A stretch of 41,500 bases of DNA from Minisyncoccota bacterium (GTDB lineage: Bacteria; Patescibacteriota; Minisyncoccia; Phycocordibacterales; Phycocordibacteraceae), in contig DAORIM010000003.1 in assembly GCA_035438505.1 (NCBI GenBank), positions 1-41,500 on the forward strand. The letters run 5' to 3'. Position numbers and translations under genes: made by a program. Below the pieces are notes generated by a model. That model ran no database searches, was not told the origin of the DNA, and saw nothing but the letters and a program-made list of their open reading frames with translations. This document shows, in pieces, positions 31,975 to 40,585 of the stretch; position 1 is the stretch's first letter; every line of letters begins with the position of its first letter.

Positions 31975-33752
31975 TCCTTCATCTTCAACGCCATTAGCTT
32001 CCGCCGACTTTCTAGGAAGTCATCGTAGGAAAGATTATCTCCATCGAGCATGCCGTCAGGGATGGAGTTTGCTCGAAGGTTTTCGCGCATCTCTACCTCC
32101 TCTGTAATGCCACCGTACTTTCTTGCCCCGCCCTTTGCTTGCTCATACAACTCTGCAAAATAGGTATCTGGAGCCTTATCACCAATGGCAATGTTCACCT
32201 CACTCTGTGTGAGTACAAAGTTTGCTATCTGGTTATAACGACCACGTGAGAGACCTTGTTTCTTTAGGAAGTTTTTAGGGAAAATATGATGTACGTCACT
32301 GCGATTGAGAAGAAGATCTCGCACTGTTATGTCCCGAGAAAGGAATCCTCGATCACCTAGCTGCACTTGAGCTGCCTGCCAAAGTAAGAAATACGGACTG
32401 GTTGCTGCGGAAGTATCCATCTGTTGCGGCAATAGGCTCTCCCAGAAGCTGTCCGACATTTCAGCGCTTATGACCGTGTCTGCGTGGACCTGCAACCCGC
32501 GTGTCATTACCGCACGGATGTCTACATCGAACGCAGTCTCAGGACTTCCGGCATAGCGGCCAGTTAGTACAGACATGATGTACCAACGACGAACAATACG
32601 TTCAAGGTCGGCAGCCGGAACATTGTCTGCCCTGCCTCTCAAATACAGTATGTATGCAAAGTTTACAGCGTTCCTTCCTCCGAAGAGATCGCGACTGATG
32701 AAGCCTGCAGATCTCAAAATCATGGAGAATCGGTCGAAGTGCGTCTCGTTTATAACGTTCATAACGCCTTGCTTAAGTCGTCTGAACGATTCTTCAGCTA
32801 TAACCTCTTCGTACTGCCTCGTCTCAAAGTTACGACCGGAAAGGAGTGCTACGAGATCCTGTAGTTTCCCGCGCGCGAACTCAGAAGTGAAAGCAACTCG
32901 AAGTACGTCCGTGTATGTGGGCTCATAGATAATGTCCGTGGCGTTACGGAGCCAGCGCATTTTCTGCAAGTATTCAGAGGCCGCAAAGTTAGTGTCGTGA
33001 GTCTCAATGTGTCCAAGAAACTCCGGCGCTTTGGCAAGATGACAGAAATAGTCGATTGCTTTGCGAAGCTCGTTGCCTCCATAGCTCTCATTAGCTGCGA
33101 TCTTCGACATTGCGAAATCAGCCTGACCTAGAGACGCACCCGCTGAGTTCACTCGAATGAATATCTTGGTGACTGTTTCAATATCGAGATCTTCAGCAAG
33201 CTCGATAACACCAAGTTGGTTGTTTGTTATCTTTCGTAGCTTTTCCAGAACTCGTGATACGAAGCGACGATCGGCATCAGGATTCGCCTCGACGTACTGA
33301 TCAGTGAGCTCGGTAATGCTGGCATCAGGCGAGAACACTGCTGCCACATCCGGAATCCACGACGAATCCTTACGTATAGCTGGGTTAGCCACTTCGAACT
33401 GCTCCTTGATTGGGTGAAAAGCGATACGTATTCGTACAGTATCGTAATTCTGTGTCAGTACTTCTTGTCCTAGAAGCGCTGCCATGAGCGCTGTCACACG
33501 CTGCTGCCCATCAATGAGAATACGCTTTCCTGCCGAAAGGGTGCCGTCCTTAAGCTTAACAGTGGGATTACGCCAAGCAATTAGATACCCAACGGGATAG
33601 CCCTCATAGAGAGAATCAAGCAAGTTGCGTACCTTAGATGCCTCCCAAACGAACGGGCGCTGAATCTCTGGTATTGCGATTTCTTTGGACTTGACCCAAG
33701 TCAATATGGTCTCAACTGGGTGCGGGGTAACGGAGTAGCGTTGAGTCGACAT
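31956..33752 (-). CDS. DUF262/DUF1524 (GmrSD-family, ParB-like NTPase plus His-Me nuclease) protein embedded in the type I operon
   Basis: [11 protein letters not shown] and [12 protein letters not shown] (DUF262). C-terminal [14 protein letters not shown]...[14 protein letters not shown] (DUF1524-like). Confidence 0.8.
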   Translation of the reverse strand: MSTQRYSVTPHPVETILTWVKSKEIAIPEIQRPFVWEASKVRNLLDSLYEGYPVGYLIAWRNPTVKLKDGTLSAGKRILIDGQQRVTALMAALLGQEVLTQNYDTVRIRIAFHPIKEQFEVANPAIRKDSSWIPDVAAVFSPDASITELTDQYVEANPDADRRFVSRVLEKLRKITNNQLGVIELAEDLDIETVTKIFIRVNSAGASLGQADFAMSKIAANESYGGNELRKAIDYFCHLAKAPEFLGHIETHDTNFAASEYLQKMRWLRNATDIIYEPTYTDVLRVAFTSEFARGKLQDLVALLSGRNFETRQYEEVIAEESFRRLKQGVMNVINETHFDRFSMILRSAGFISRDLFGGRNAVNFAYILYLRGRADNVPAADLERIVRRWYIMSVLTGRYAGSPETAFDVDIRAVMTRGLQVHADTVISAEMSDSFWESLLPQQMDTSAATSPYFLLWQAAQVQLGDRGFLSRDITVRDLLLNRSDVHHIFPKNFLKKQGLSRGRYNQIANFVLTQSEVNIAIGDKAPDTYFAELYEQAKGGARKYGGITEEVEMRENLRANSIPDGMLDGDNLSYDDFLESRRKLMALKMKEWFKSL

Positions 33753-33754
33753 AT

Positions 33755-35935
33755 CTATCGTTTAATTATCTCGTCGAGAAGTCCGTCAGCTTCTTTCTCA
33801 AGCGCCAAGATGTCAGCCTGAATCTCCTCAAGCGAACGAAGCTGCTGTGGCTTGTAGAAATATCGGTTGAAGTTTATCTCGTAACCGATTTTCGTAGCGT
33901 CAATGTCCACCCATGCATCCGGCGTGTAAGCTAGCACCTCTCTAGTAATAAATCCTTCGATTCCTCCTTCTTCAAGCAATGGTACCTGTTCAGTGTCGCG
34001 AAGTTCAGTATCAGCCTTGTACTCAACTACACGCTTCTTTCCTTCAATCAAAGTCTCGAATAGCCCATGTATTGGGTCGGATATCGTTCCAACCTTATGT
34101 ATCTTCTTTATAACTGGCTCTGCCTCATCGTCACGCTCTGCAAGCGCGTCCTGCAATAATTTCTGTCTTCTGGCAGGGAGTTTGATTCCAAGATCCTTTG
34201 CAAGAAGCTCTATAGTCTCTGAGAAGATGTTGTAGTCAGTATGTGGACCTGCACCAAGCTTCTTAGCGACCCCGTCAACTAATCCTGGAAGCTGATCTTC
34301 ATTAGAATCAACGCACGCGGCTTTGAAAGCGTGAATCCTCTCTTCGCTTAGATTTACCTTGAGGCGAAGAGGTCGGTCCACTATCACTTTCTGATATCCG
34401 AAAGCTTCGTTTGGGAATATCTTGGACTCCTCTGTTTCCTTGAAATCAATAAGGGTACTGGTGATCCGGTCAATGTGCTCTTGTGCTAGTTCGCAGTTCT
34501 TCTGACCCAAATTCTTCCTGAGCGGCTTAGACCAGTTCGTTGCGTCTATAAGCTGAACCTTTCCTTGACGATGCTTCGCTTTTCGGTTTGTGAGGAGCCA
34601 GATGTAAGTTGCAATGCCAGTGTTATAGAACATGTTAGTGGGAAGAGCCACGATTGCTTCGAGCCAGTCGTTCTCCATAATCCAGCGGCGCACATTACTT
34701 TCTCCTTGACCTGCATCTCCAGTAAAGAGCGACGAGCCATTATGGATCTCAGCTATACGGCTACCAAGCTTTGTCCCGTGCTTCATCTTGGACAGCACGT
34801 TAGCGAGGAATAGCATCTGTCCATCGCTAGAGCGCGTCACAAGAGAGTATTCTGGATCACCCGCATGCTCGATGATGAAGCGCGGATCCTTAATACTTCC
34901 CTTTCCTCCCATGCGCTCCATATCGGTCTTCCAACTTTTGCCATAGGGCGGATTCGAGAGCATGAAATCGAACTCATGACTACGGAATGCATCATTGCTA
35001 AGCGTCGAGAACTCCGGACCACCATGGATATTCTCTGCCTCGTCTCCATCACCCTTTAAAAGGAGGTCGGCCTTACAGATAGCATAAGTTTCCGCGTTAA
35101 TCTCTTGTCCATACATGTGCATGACAACGTCCTTTCCTCGTTCAGAGGCAATCGTCTGAAGAGTCTCTTCGGCAACAGTAAGCATGCCGCCAGTGCCTAT
35201 GGCTCCGTCGTAAAGGAGATAGGTACTTGAATCAATGTCAGATGCTATGGGACGAAAGACTAGTTCAGCCATCACCTGAACAGCGTCACGAGGAGTCCAG
35301 TGTTCCCCCGCCTCCTCGTTATTGTCTTCGTTAAATCGTCGCACAAGCTCCTCAAAGATAGTTCCCATCCCATGATTATCGAGACGCTTGATACGTATCG
35401 AACCGTCAGGATTCTTAACGGATACAGGACTGACGTTAAGCGAGGGATCAAGGAACTTCTCTATAAGGGTTGCAAGCACATCGGCACGTGACAACTTATC
35501 TATCTGGTTCCTGAACTCAAAGTTGTTCAGTATCTCTTGAACGTTTGGAGAGAAGCCATCCAAGTAATGCTCGAAGTCAGCTTTGAGCTGCTGCTGGTTC
35601 GTACGTGACTGAAGATCCTTGAGAGTAAATTTTGAAGTGTTGTAGAAAGCCTGCTTTGAAGCATCACGGAGTGTGAGATCTTGATTGACGATTCCAGCGG
35701 CATCCAGACGACTCTTCGTATCAAGTACTGCCTGCTTCGTTTCAACTAGTACTGATTCAAGACGACGCAGCACAATCATTGGCAATATCACGTCGCGGTA
35801 TTTTCCTCGAGTGTAGACATCTCGAAGGACATCATCGGCAATACCCCAAATGAAATTGGCTATCCAATGAAGGTCACCGTTTCGAAGCGGTGGATCGTTT
35901 TCTGGTGCCCTATCTTTACTCATGATTACCTTCAT
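33755..35935 (-). CDS. hsdM: type I R-M DNA methyltransferase subunit (long form)
   Basis: [10 protein letters not shown] (SAM motif I) and [10 protein letters not shown] (NPPY). N-terminal HsdM_N-like region. The start could also be ATG 35923. Confidence 0.88.
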   Translation of the reverse strand: MKVIMSKDRAPENDPPLRNGDLHWIANFIWGIADDVLRDVYTRGKYRDVILPMIVLRRLESVLVETKQAVLDTKSRLDAAGIVNQDLTLRDASKQAFYNTSKFTLKDLQSRTNQQQLKADFEHYLDGFSPNVQEILNNFEFRNQIDKLSRADVLATLIEKFLDPSLNVSPVSVKNPDGSIRIKRLDNHGMGTIFEELVRRFNEDNNEEAGEHWTPRDAVQVMAELVFRPIASDIDSSTYLLYDGAIGTGGMLTVAEETLQTIASERGKDVVMHMYGQEINAETYAICKADLLLKGDGDEAENIHGGPEFSTLSNDAFRSHEFDFMLSNPPYGKSWKTDMERMGGKGSIKDPRFIIEHAGDPEYSLVTRSSDGQMLFLANVLSKMKHGTKLGSRIAEIHNGSSLFTGDAGQGESNVRRWIMENDWLEAIVALPTNMFYNTGIATYIWLLTNRKAKHRQGKVQLIDATNWSKPLRKNLGQKNCELAQEHIDRITSTLIDFKETEESKIFPNEAFGYQKVIVDRPLRLKVNLSEERIHAFKAACVDSNEDQLPGLVDGVAKKLGAGPHTDYNIFSETIELLAKDLGIKLPARRQKLLQDALAERDDEAEPVIKKIHKVGTISDPIHGLFETLIEGKKRVVEYKADTELRDTEQVPLLEEGGIEGFITREVLAYTPDAWVDIDATKIGYEINFNRYFYKPQQLRSLEEIQADILALEKEADGLLDEIIKR

Positions 35936-36026
35936 CCTAGCATCACCCCCACCATCCCTAATGGAATCATATGGGGACGCATACTTTCAGCATCAGTGTC
36001 TCGCGTGGTTCGTTCCATGCAAAACA

Positions 36027-36845
36027 TTACTCACAAAATACAACCTCTTCTACTGCCACCCCCAACTGCCCTGCAAACCATGCACGAGTGTCTTCCTGCC
36101 CTCCCAGCGCATCAATGAGCTTGTTCTCTAGTCCGAGTGCACCAGGCATTGAAGACCCGTCAGCGAGGCGTTTTACGTCCTCCAGAGCTATGCCACGATT
36201 CTCTGATACTTCCCGTACGAATATGTCGTGATAGATGTCGAGGTCGCGTTCCAGGAGAGCACGTTCCTCTTCGGTAAGACTCGCGTTTGGGTTCATGTAG
36301 TCCTTGAAGCGTGCAGACGAAAGGGACACGAAGTCTAGACCTTCCTGTTTGTTCTGCTCGACGTTCTCCAAGTACGACATGGTTACGCCGATACTCGCAA
36401 CGTCCGAGTATTCTGATGCGTAGATAGTGTCTGCGCCGGTCGCTGCGAGGTACGCACCTGAGGTTCCCATTTCACGAATCAAAGCCAGGGATGGTAACGG
36501 GAGAGATTTAAGAGCCTGCATTATAGTCTCTGACGCGACTGGAGAGCCTCCCCCTGAGTCGATCCGTAAAAGCACTGCCTTCACGTCCATGTCCGCCTCA
36601 GCCTTACGAAGCGATGCCACTACATCGTCCGCATTCACTTCCCCCTCAACAGCTCCAAACGGAACGATGTCGCCAGCTAAGGGAATCACTGCTACGTTGC
36701 ACCACCCGTCGCTGTATTCCAGGCTTGCGTTGAAACCTGTCCACTCGTCGTGCCATGCACCCCATATCCATAAGCCAATGAAGAACGTAACGAGAGCGGC
36801 TAGTGAGAGGAGTATTACCGCACCTGATTTTCGGAGGAATGTCAT
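36027..36845 (-). CDS. sppA: signal peptide peptidase SppA (S49 family, 36K type)
   Basis: N-terminal TM; IDSGGGSPVASE; GTSGAYLAATGADTIYASEYSDVASIGV. Confidence 0.8.
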   Translation of the reverse strand: MTFLRKSGAVILLSLAALVTFFIGLWIWGAWHDEWTGFNASLEYSDGWCNVAVIPLAGDIVPFGAVEGEVNADDVVASLRKAEADMDVKAVLLRIDSGGGSPVASETIMQALKSLPLPSLALIREMGTSGAYLAATGADTIYASEYSDVASIGVTMSYLENVEQNKQEGLDFVSLSSARFKDYMNPNASLTEEERALLERDLDIYHDIFVREVSENRGIALEDVKRLADGSSMPGALGLENKLIDALGGQEDTRAWFAGQLGVAVEEVVFCE

Positions 36846-36854
36846 ACGTTCATC

Positions 36855-37379
36855 CTACGCGAACAACGCCACTGAAATGAAAAATACCCACACCAGTGCA
36901 CTGAGGGTGATGATTACAAATTCGCCGGTTGATAGCTTCCTCTCCAACTCCTTATTCAGAGTATGTTCAGCGTATTCGTTTACGGTCTTCTGAAGCGGAA
37001 TGAGAGCAACGAAGCTTAGGTACGACACTATTGCCACGAGATACCCGAACCAGCCTAGCGCAGGTAGTGTGCTCAGCTTTCCAAGAATAACTAGGACGAC
37101 CCATAATACCGCTAGCCAAGTGGGCGAATACAGAACCTCGTGGTTATGCGCACGAAAGGATCGCACCATATGTCTGAAGAGCGGGTAGCAGTAGAAGATG
37201 CCGAAGAAGGCACGCCAGAATGGCAGGATCTCCCTCTCTTCAGCCTTCTGTATCGCCTTCCAGTTCCTATACATCCAGTACAGGTCATAGAGTCCGGCTG
37301 AGATAAGCGAGAGGAGGATAAGACGACGCAAGGATACGGCGTAGTACACGGGCTTCGGATGTTCAGAAGTCATTTCCAT
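36855..37379 (-). CDS. multi-pass membrane protein (DUF4234-like)
   Basis: LISAGLYDLYWMYRNWKAI motif and 4 hydrophobic segments. Confidence 0.55.
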   Translation of the reverse strand: MEMTSEHPKPVYYAVSLRRLILLSLISAGLYDLYWMYRNWKAIQKAEEREILPFWRAFFGIFYCYPLFRHMVRSFRAHNHEVLYSPTWLAVLWVVLVILGKLSTLPALGWFGYLVAIVSYLSFVALIPLQKTVNEYAEHTLNKELERKLSTGEFVIITLSALVWVFFISVALFA

Positions 37380-37384
37380 TCAGT

Positions 37385-38170
37385 TTAAGGTGCGAGGACA
37401 GACATCACTCTAATAATTTGAAGGATACGCTCAAAGAAGCTTTTACTCTCTACTGGTCCTTCTGCAGTATCAGTCTCTACTTCGACCTTTGGCAGAAACG
37501 GGTTCTCCCTGTCCATAGGCGTGAAGGCACTGAAGAGAGTCGGTGCCGGAGCTTGCTCTACCACTCTCGGCTGTATAACGGTCTCATTGGCTTCTACATG
37601 AGTCTGTACTGGGACCGGAGCGCATACGCCTCCCTGAAAGCCATAGCCTTCGGTGCAGGTGCATGTTGCCCCTCCGGATTCGTTGAGCTCACCTGTCCAT
37701 ATACTGAATGGCCCGTAGTTATTTCTGCATACATCAGCGTTGCTCAGTACAGGTGCGGGTGCCTGGACAGGAGTGGGTACCACTACCTGCTGTATCACGG
37801 TCTGAATACATACCCCGTCTTGTGCATAGGTTCCTGTAGGACAGCTCTGTGCTTGCGTTGGTTGCGCCACAGACTTCTCGGCATTGAGAGCTTTGCGCTC
37901 AAGGCAGTATTTGAGAGCACTGAAATAGGCCCCCGATGAAGGGGAGCCGCTATGGTCGAGGTAACCGCTACTTCGTAAGCAGGAGTAGTAATTCGTAAGA
38001 CCGTATCGCTGCTTCAAATCCTCTGTCTGATCTAAGTCATTGCAATAGATGCTGCTGCCTAAGCTGTCACAGCGAAAATCGGCCCGGGCTTCTAACGCAG
38101 GCATGAATAGAACTAAAAGCAGGAGAGCGAGAAGTGGCGCACGTATATTTTGAAATAGTGCCGAGATCAT
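37385..38170 (-). CDS. secreted Cys-rich protein, unknown function
   Basis: Start trimmed from TTG 38251 to ATG 38170, giving a signal peptide MISALFQNIRAPLLALLLLVLFMPALEARA. The mature part has multiple Cys and Pro/Val/Gln-rich linkers. Confidence 0.6.
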   Translation of the reverse strand: MISALFQNIRAPLLALLLLVLFMPALEARADFRCDSLGSSIYCNDLDQTEDLKQRYGLTNYYSCLRSSGYLDHSGSPSSGAYFSALKYCLERKALNAEKSVAQPTQAQSCPTGTYAQDGVCIQTVIQQVVVPTPVQAPAPVLSNADVCRNNYGPFSIWTGELNESGGATCTCTEGYGFQGGVCAPVPVQTHVEANETVIQPRVVEQAPAPTLFSAFTPMDRENPFLPKVEVETDTAEGPVESKSFFERILQIIRVMSVLAP

Positions 38171-38384
38171 TCGGGTGGTCGTTAGGCCAATAACCCCCGA
38201 AGTGGGTACGCAAAAGTCCCACCCCAAGGCCTGACCGAAGCCAGCATGCAAGTTTCCCTACATGGCCAAACAGACCACCCCAGGATGGGGCCTTTGCGTC
38301 TGTTTGGACTTAGTACTAGCGACCATACCGACGAATGAATCCGTACGGGTTAGGTCTCTTATTTAGTTGTTTCCCTCTGGTAAA
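38171..38384 (-). ncRNA. structured 5' leader or independent ncRNA (unclassified)
   Basis: Minus-sense features: a 10-bp hairpin CCAAACAGAC/GTCTGTTTGG enclosing CCCCA-TCC-TGGGG. An alternative 14-bp long-range helix GGTGGTCTGTTTGGCC/GGCCTAACGACCACC ends 4 nt before ATG 38170. There is a C(UUCG)G-capped stem CTGGC-UUCG-GUCAG. G-U pairs favour minus-sense RNA. Confidence 0.35.
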
Positions 38385-38393
38385 ACTCTATCA
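38385..38393 (-). promoter_or_regulatory. extended -10 box TGATAGAGT, candidate promoter for the structured leader
   Basis: Matches the TGnTAnnnT pattern seen at other genes. A purine/A-rich tract lies upstream. Confidence 0.3.
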
Positions 38394-38670
38394 CGCAGCG
38401 TTCCCCATAGTAAGGCTATTCCCAGCTTTTGGACTTTAGAATTTCTTTATCTTTTCTTCAGATTTTCTTGAGGAAGTTAGGTAGGCGAACTGCCAATATT
38501 CTGAGAATTATCCGCTCCCTGCTCGCCTATTGATCGAAAGGTAGACAAGTTTACATTTCCACGTCTGCACCAGTCACTAAGGAAGTGAGCGCTGTAGCTC
38601 CAGATAGCGTGGATAGTACAGAATAGGCTCATTCGATATAGCAGTCGGGAGATAATGCCCTTCCTGAGCA

Positions 38671-38709
38671 CGAAGATGCCCTCGTCTAACTTAAGCGAGG
38701 GCATCTTCG
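38671..38709. repeat. perfect 14-bp inverted repeat with 11-nt spacer
   Basis: CGAAGATGCCCTCG-tctaacttaag-CGAGGGCATCTTCG; no U tract on either strand. Confidence 0.8.
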
Positions 38710-38936
38710 TGGTTAAGTCTCTGCGCCTTCGGAACTGTACGACGATCTGGAGGTGGAAGCTTTATATGAAGCTTGAATGGTACAGCCTTTTGCTGGCTTC
38801 CATGGTGGCTGGTTGTGTTCTGACGATGCCGATCTTCATACCTGTACCCTAACGAGAAAGCGGATAAAACGCAAAATACAATTATCCCGTGTCCTTGGCA
38901 TCGTGTTGCTGTCTCGATCTGGCATGCTAGCGATTC

Positions 38937-38965
38937 TTGACCTTACCCCGAATACGGGATACTTT
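38937..38965 (+). promoter_or_regulatory. sigma-70-type promoter TTGACC-N17-TACTTT
   Basis: Followed by AAAGGAG RBS 7 nt before ATG 38995. Confidence 0.5.
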
Positions 38966-38994
38966 CATCGGGACTTTGTTGAAAGGAGTTTTCA

Positions 38995-39219
38995 ATGTTC
39001 AAGGTCACGAATAAGTACATTTTCGTCATCAGGCAGGCTATCGGATGGGGGCTCGCGCTCTTCCTACCCGTTTGGTTCGTGTTCGAACACACGTACTTAA
39101 CGTTTATGGAGAAGTGCGTATTTCTTCTTCTTATAGCCGCCTGTGAGATAGGCCTCTTGATAATCCGCAACGACTGGGAATCGTTCGCAATAATCAAGGA
39201 GGTCACTAAGGAGCACTAG
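38995..39219 (+). CDS. small 2-TM membrane protein
   Basis: 74 aa with a strong Shine-Dalgarno, its own promoter and two hydrophobic helices. Confidence 0.55.
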   Translation: MFKVTNKYIFVIRQAIGWGLALFLPVWFVFEHTYLTFMEKCVFLLLIAACEIGLLIIRNDWESFAIIKEVTKEH

Positions 39220-39225
39220 CTTCTT

Positions 39226-39276
39226 CAGAGCCTCGTATACACGCACGCATCGCCGTCACGTTTATGTGAGGCTCTG
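39226..39276. terminator. 9-bp stem with large loop between convergent genes
   Basis: CAGAGCCTC-33 nt-GAGGCTCTG followed by TTTAGTTT. Confidence 0.35.
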
Positions 39277-39282
39277 TTTAGT

Positions 39283-39867
39283 TTAACGAGCGCGCCTTGC
39301 AAGCCGCGCAACGCAGCGCTTCCAGCGCTCCTGCTTTTGTACTGACGCGTGCTCTGCGTGTCCGAACGCAGATACCCACGTGCGGAATCCTGCAAACTGG
39401 AGCAGGGAGCGCTTGATCGTTGCAGTGAAGTCGCCAAACGCGATGTGATCAAGAATCGCAGGGTTGCCGCAGGTTATGAGCACTCGCGCTGTACGTCCCT
39501 TGAGGAGTGCGTCCCAACCAAATCGATTCTTCCACATGCGAAACGCAAAGCGCGGAAGGAACATGCGGTCCCACATTCCCTTAAGAACCGCTGGCATGCT
39601 GCCCCACCAATTCGGGTACGCAAGCACAAAATGCTCGCACCAGGAAAGGTTCTCCTGTACGAGTTTTAGGTCTGGCTCAAGTTCCTGAATTGCTCTATAT
39701 CCTTTGTGCAGTGTTGGATCAAAAGAGAGATCAAAGATATTCATGCGACGCACTTCGTGTCCTGCAGCTTTCGCAGCTGCTTCATACGTATCCGCCAGCT
39801 GGCGGCTCATAGGCTCAGGACCAGAGTCCGGATGTCCAAGAAGGATAAAGATGCGCTTTGATCGCAT
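39283..39867 (-). CDS. NAD(P)H dehydrogenase (quinone)-like flavodoxin-fold protein (Flavodoxin_2 family)
   Basis: RIFILLGHPDSG...CEHFVLAYPNWWGSMPAVLKGMWDRMFLP. Confidence 0.75.
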   Translation of the reverse strand: MRSKRIFILLGHPDSGPEPMSRQLADTYEAAAKAAGHEVRRMNIFDLSFDPTLHKGYRAIQELEPDLKLVQENLSWCEHFVLAYPNWWGSMPAVLKGMWDRMFLPRFAFRMWKNRFGWDALLKGRTARVLITCGNPAILDHIAFGDFTATIKRSLLQFAGFRTWVSAFGHAEHASVQKQERWKRCVARLARRAR

Positions 39868-39869
39868 GA

Positions 39870-40100
39870 TTATTTCTGCATGAGCGCTGAAAGCTCGGTG
39901 CGGTACTTTTTCATAACCTCCATCGTTGCTTTCATCTGGGACTCACCGTTCTTTGCGCGTTTCTCTACTTCTTCCCCGATCTTCTTAAAGAGTTCCGGAT
40001 CCTTCTGCACGAGCGTCATAATCTGCTCCTGCTGTTCCTTCGGAACATCCTTCATCTTCCATTTCATTGCCTGCTTAAGCAGAAAGTCTTGAATAGCCAT
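39870..40100 (-). CDS. small helical hypothetical protein
   Basis: Start trimmed from TTG 40118 to ATG 40100 (MAIQDFLLKQ...), 8 nt after TGCTATACT. Lys/Glu-rich. Confidence 0.5.
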   Translation of the reverse strand: MAIQDFLLKQAMKWKMKDVPKEQQEQIMTLVQKDPELFKKIGEEVEKRAKNGESQMKATMEVMKKYRTELSALMQK

Positions 40101-40108
40101 ATGCGGTA

Positions 40109-40117
40109 AGTATAGCA
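40109..40117 (-). promoter_or_regulatory. extended -10 box TGCTATACT, 8 nt upstream of ATG 40100
   Basis: Minus strand TGCTATACT TACCGCAT ATG. Confidence 0.4.
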
Positions 40118-40146
40118 AAGTGAGTACTTAAGAGAAAACGACTCAG

Positions 40147-40527
40147 TCAACGAAGACCGAGTCGTTCTGCCACAAGGGCAAAGGTATCTGCTTGAATGTC
40201 CCTTTCGGTCATTCGTTTCGTAATAGCAATTGAAACCGCCTCATGGCTTCTGTTTTCCTCTTGAAACTGGCGCAGTAAAGTTTTGGAAGCTTTGATCTGG
40301 ATTGCTACCGGTCCGTGCTCAGTTTCGACAATGGCATCTATACCATTGCTGTCTTCAAACTCTGTCGCCAAACGGACTGACACAAACCAGGACGGATGTC
40401 GTGCTGCGGACTTTATCGCAGCATAGAACCGATTTTCCGCATTCAAGCCCTTGGCGTTGCTTCCAAAACCTCTTTTGTACTGAATTGCCTCCCACCTTTC
40501 GAGGCGCTGCATTTGCTTGCGACTCAT
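40147..40527 (-). CDS. hypothetical protein, possible minimal PD-(D/E)xK-like fold
   Basis: Start trimmed to ATG 40527 (MSRKQMQRLE...), which removes the overlap with atpC and has an AAGGGGG RBS. GIDAIVETEHGPVAIQIKAS resembles a D...(E/Q)xK core (weak). Confidence 0.5.
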   Translation of the reverse strand: MSRKQMQRLERWEAIQYKRGFGSNAKGLNAENRFYAAIKSAARHPSWFVSVRLATEFEDSNGIDAIVETEHGPVAIQIKASKTLLRQFQEENRSHEAVSIAITKRMTERDIQADTFALVAERLGLR

Positions 40528-40566
40528 GTGCGCCCCCTTATTGGAATTGCTGTTATGTCCGTCGGG

Positions 40567-40575
40567 AGTATAGCA
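40567..40575 (-). promoter_or_regulatory. extended -10 box TGCTATACT upstream of 40147..40527
   Basis: 39-nt leader with an RBS. Confidence 0.4.
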
Positions 40576-40585
40576 GTTCGGTTTT

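Larger units (their letters stand above)
21035..35935. mobile_element. putative integrative island (serine recombinase, excisionase-like HTH, primase/AAA replication protein, regulator, unknown operon, type I R-M plus GmrSD-like cargo)
   Basis: Gene content. The left end is placed at the recombinase 3' end, which overlaps ychF. The right end is unresolved (35936..36026, or as far as the non-coding stretch 38171..38994). No flanking direct repeats were found, as expected for a serine recombinase. Confidence 0.55.

Noticed and set aside
35936-36026. The hsdM-sppA spacer as the definite right boundary of the island.
   Set aside because: It contains only a weak bulged hairpin (CCCCAT...ATGGTGGGG) and no repeat or composition break I can verify by eye. 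The boundary is left open because sppA and the two downstream membrane/secreted genes could be cargo or core.
38171-38480. Tested the structured region by eye as SRP (4.5S) RNA, RNase P RNA, tmRNA, 6S RNA or a known riboswitch.
   Set aside because: It lacks the SRP GGAA/AGCA helix-8 motif, RNase P GAGGAAAGUCC / ACAGAAxCCGGCUUA, a tmRNA tRNA-like end and the diagnostic cores of riboswitch classes I remember. AAAGTCC on the plus strand has no P4 partner. It remains unclassified; an Rfam scan is needed.
38477-39100. Track ORFs 38477..38704 (-), 38655..38852 (+), 38777..39100 (+) and 38943..39206 (-).
   Set aside because: They have no RBS or -10 box. Two start inside the 14-bp palindrome (mirror artefacts), they mutually overlap and their sequences are odd and low in information. 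Only 38995..39219, which has a strong SD and a promoter, was accepted.
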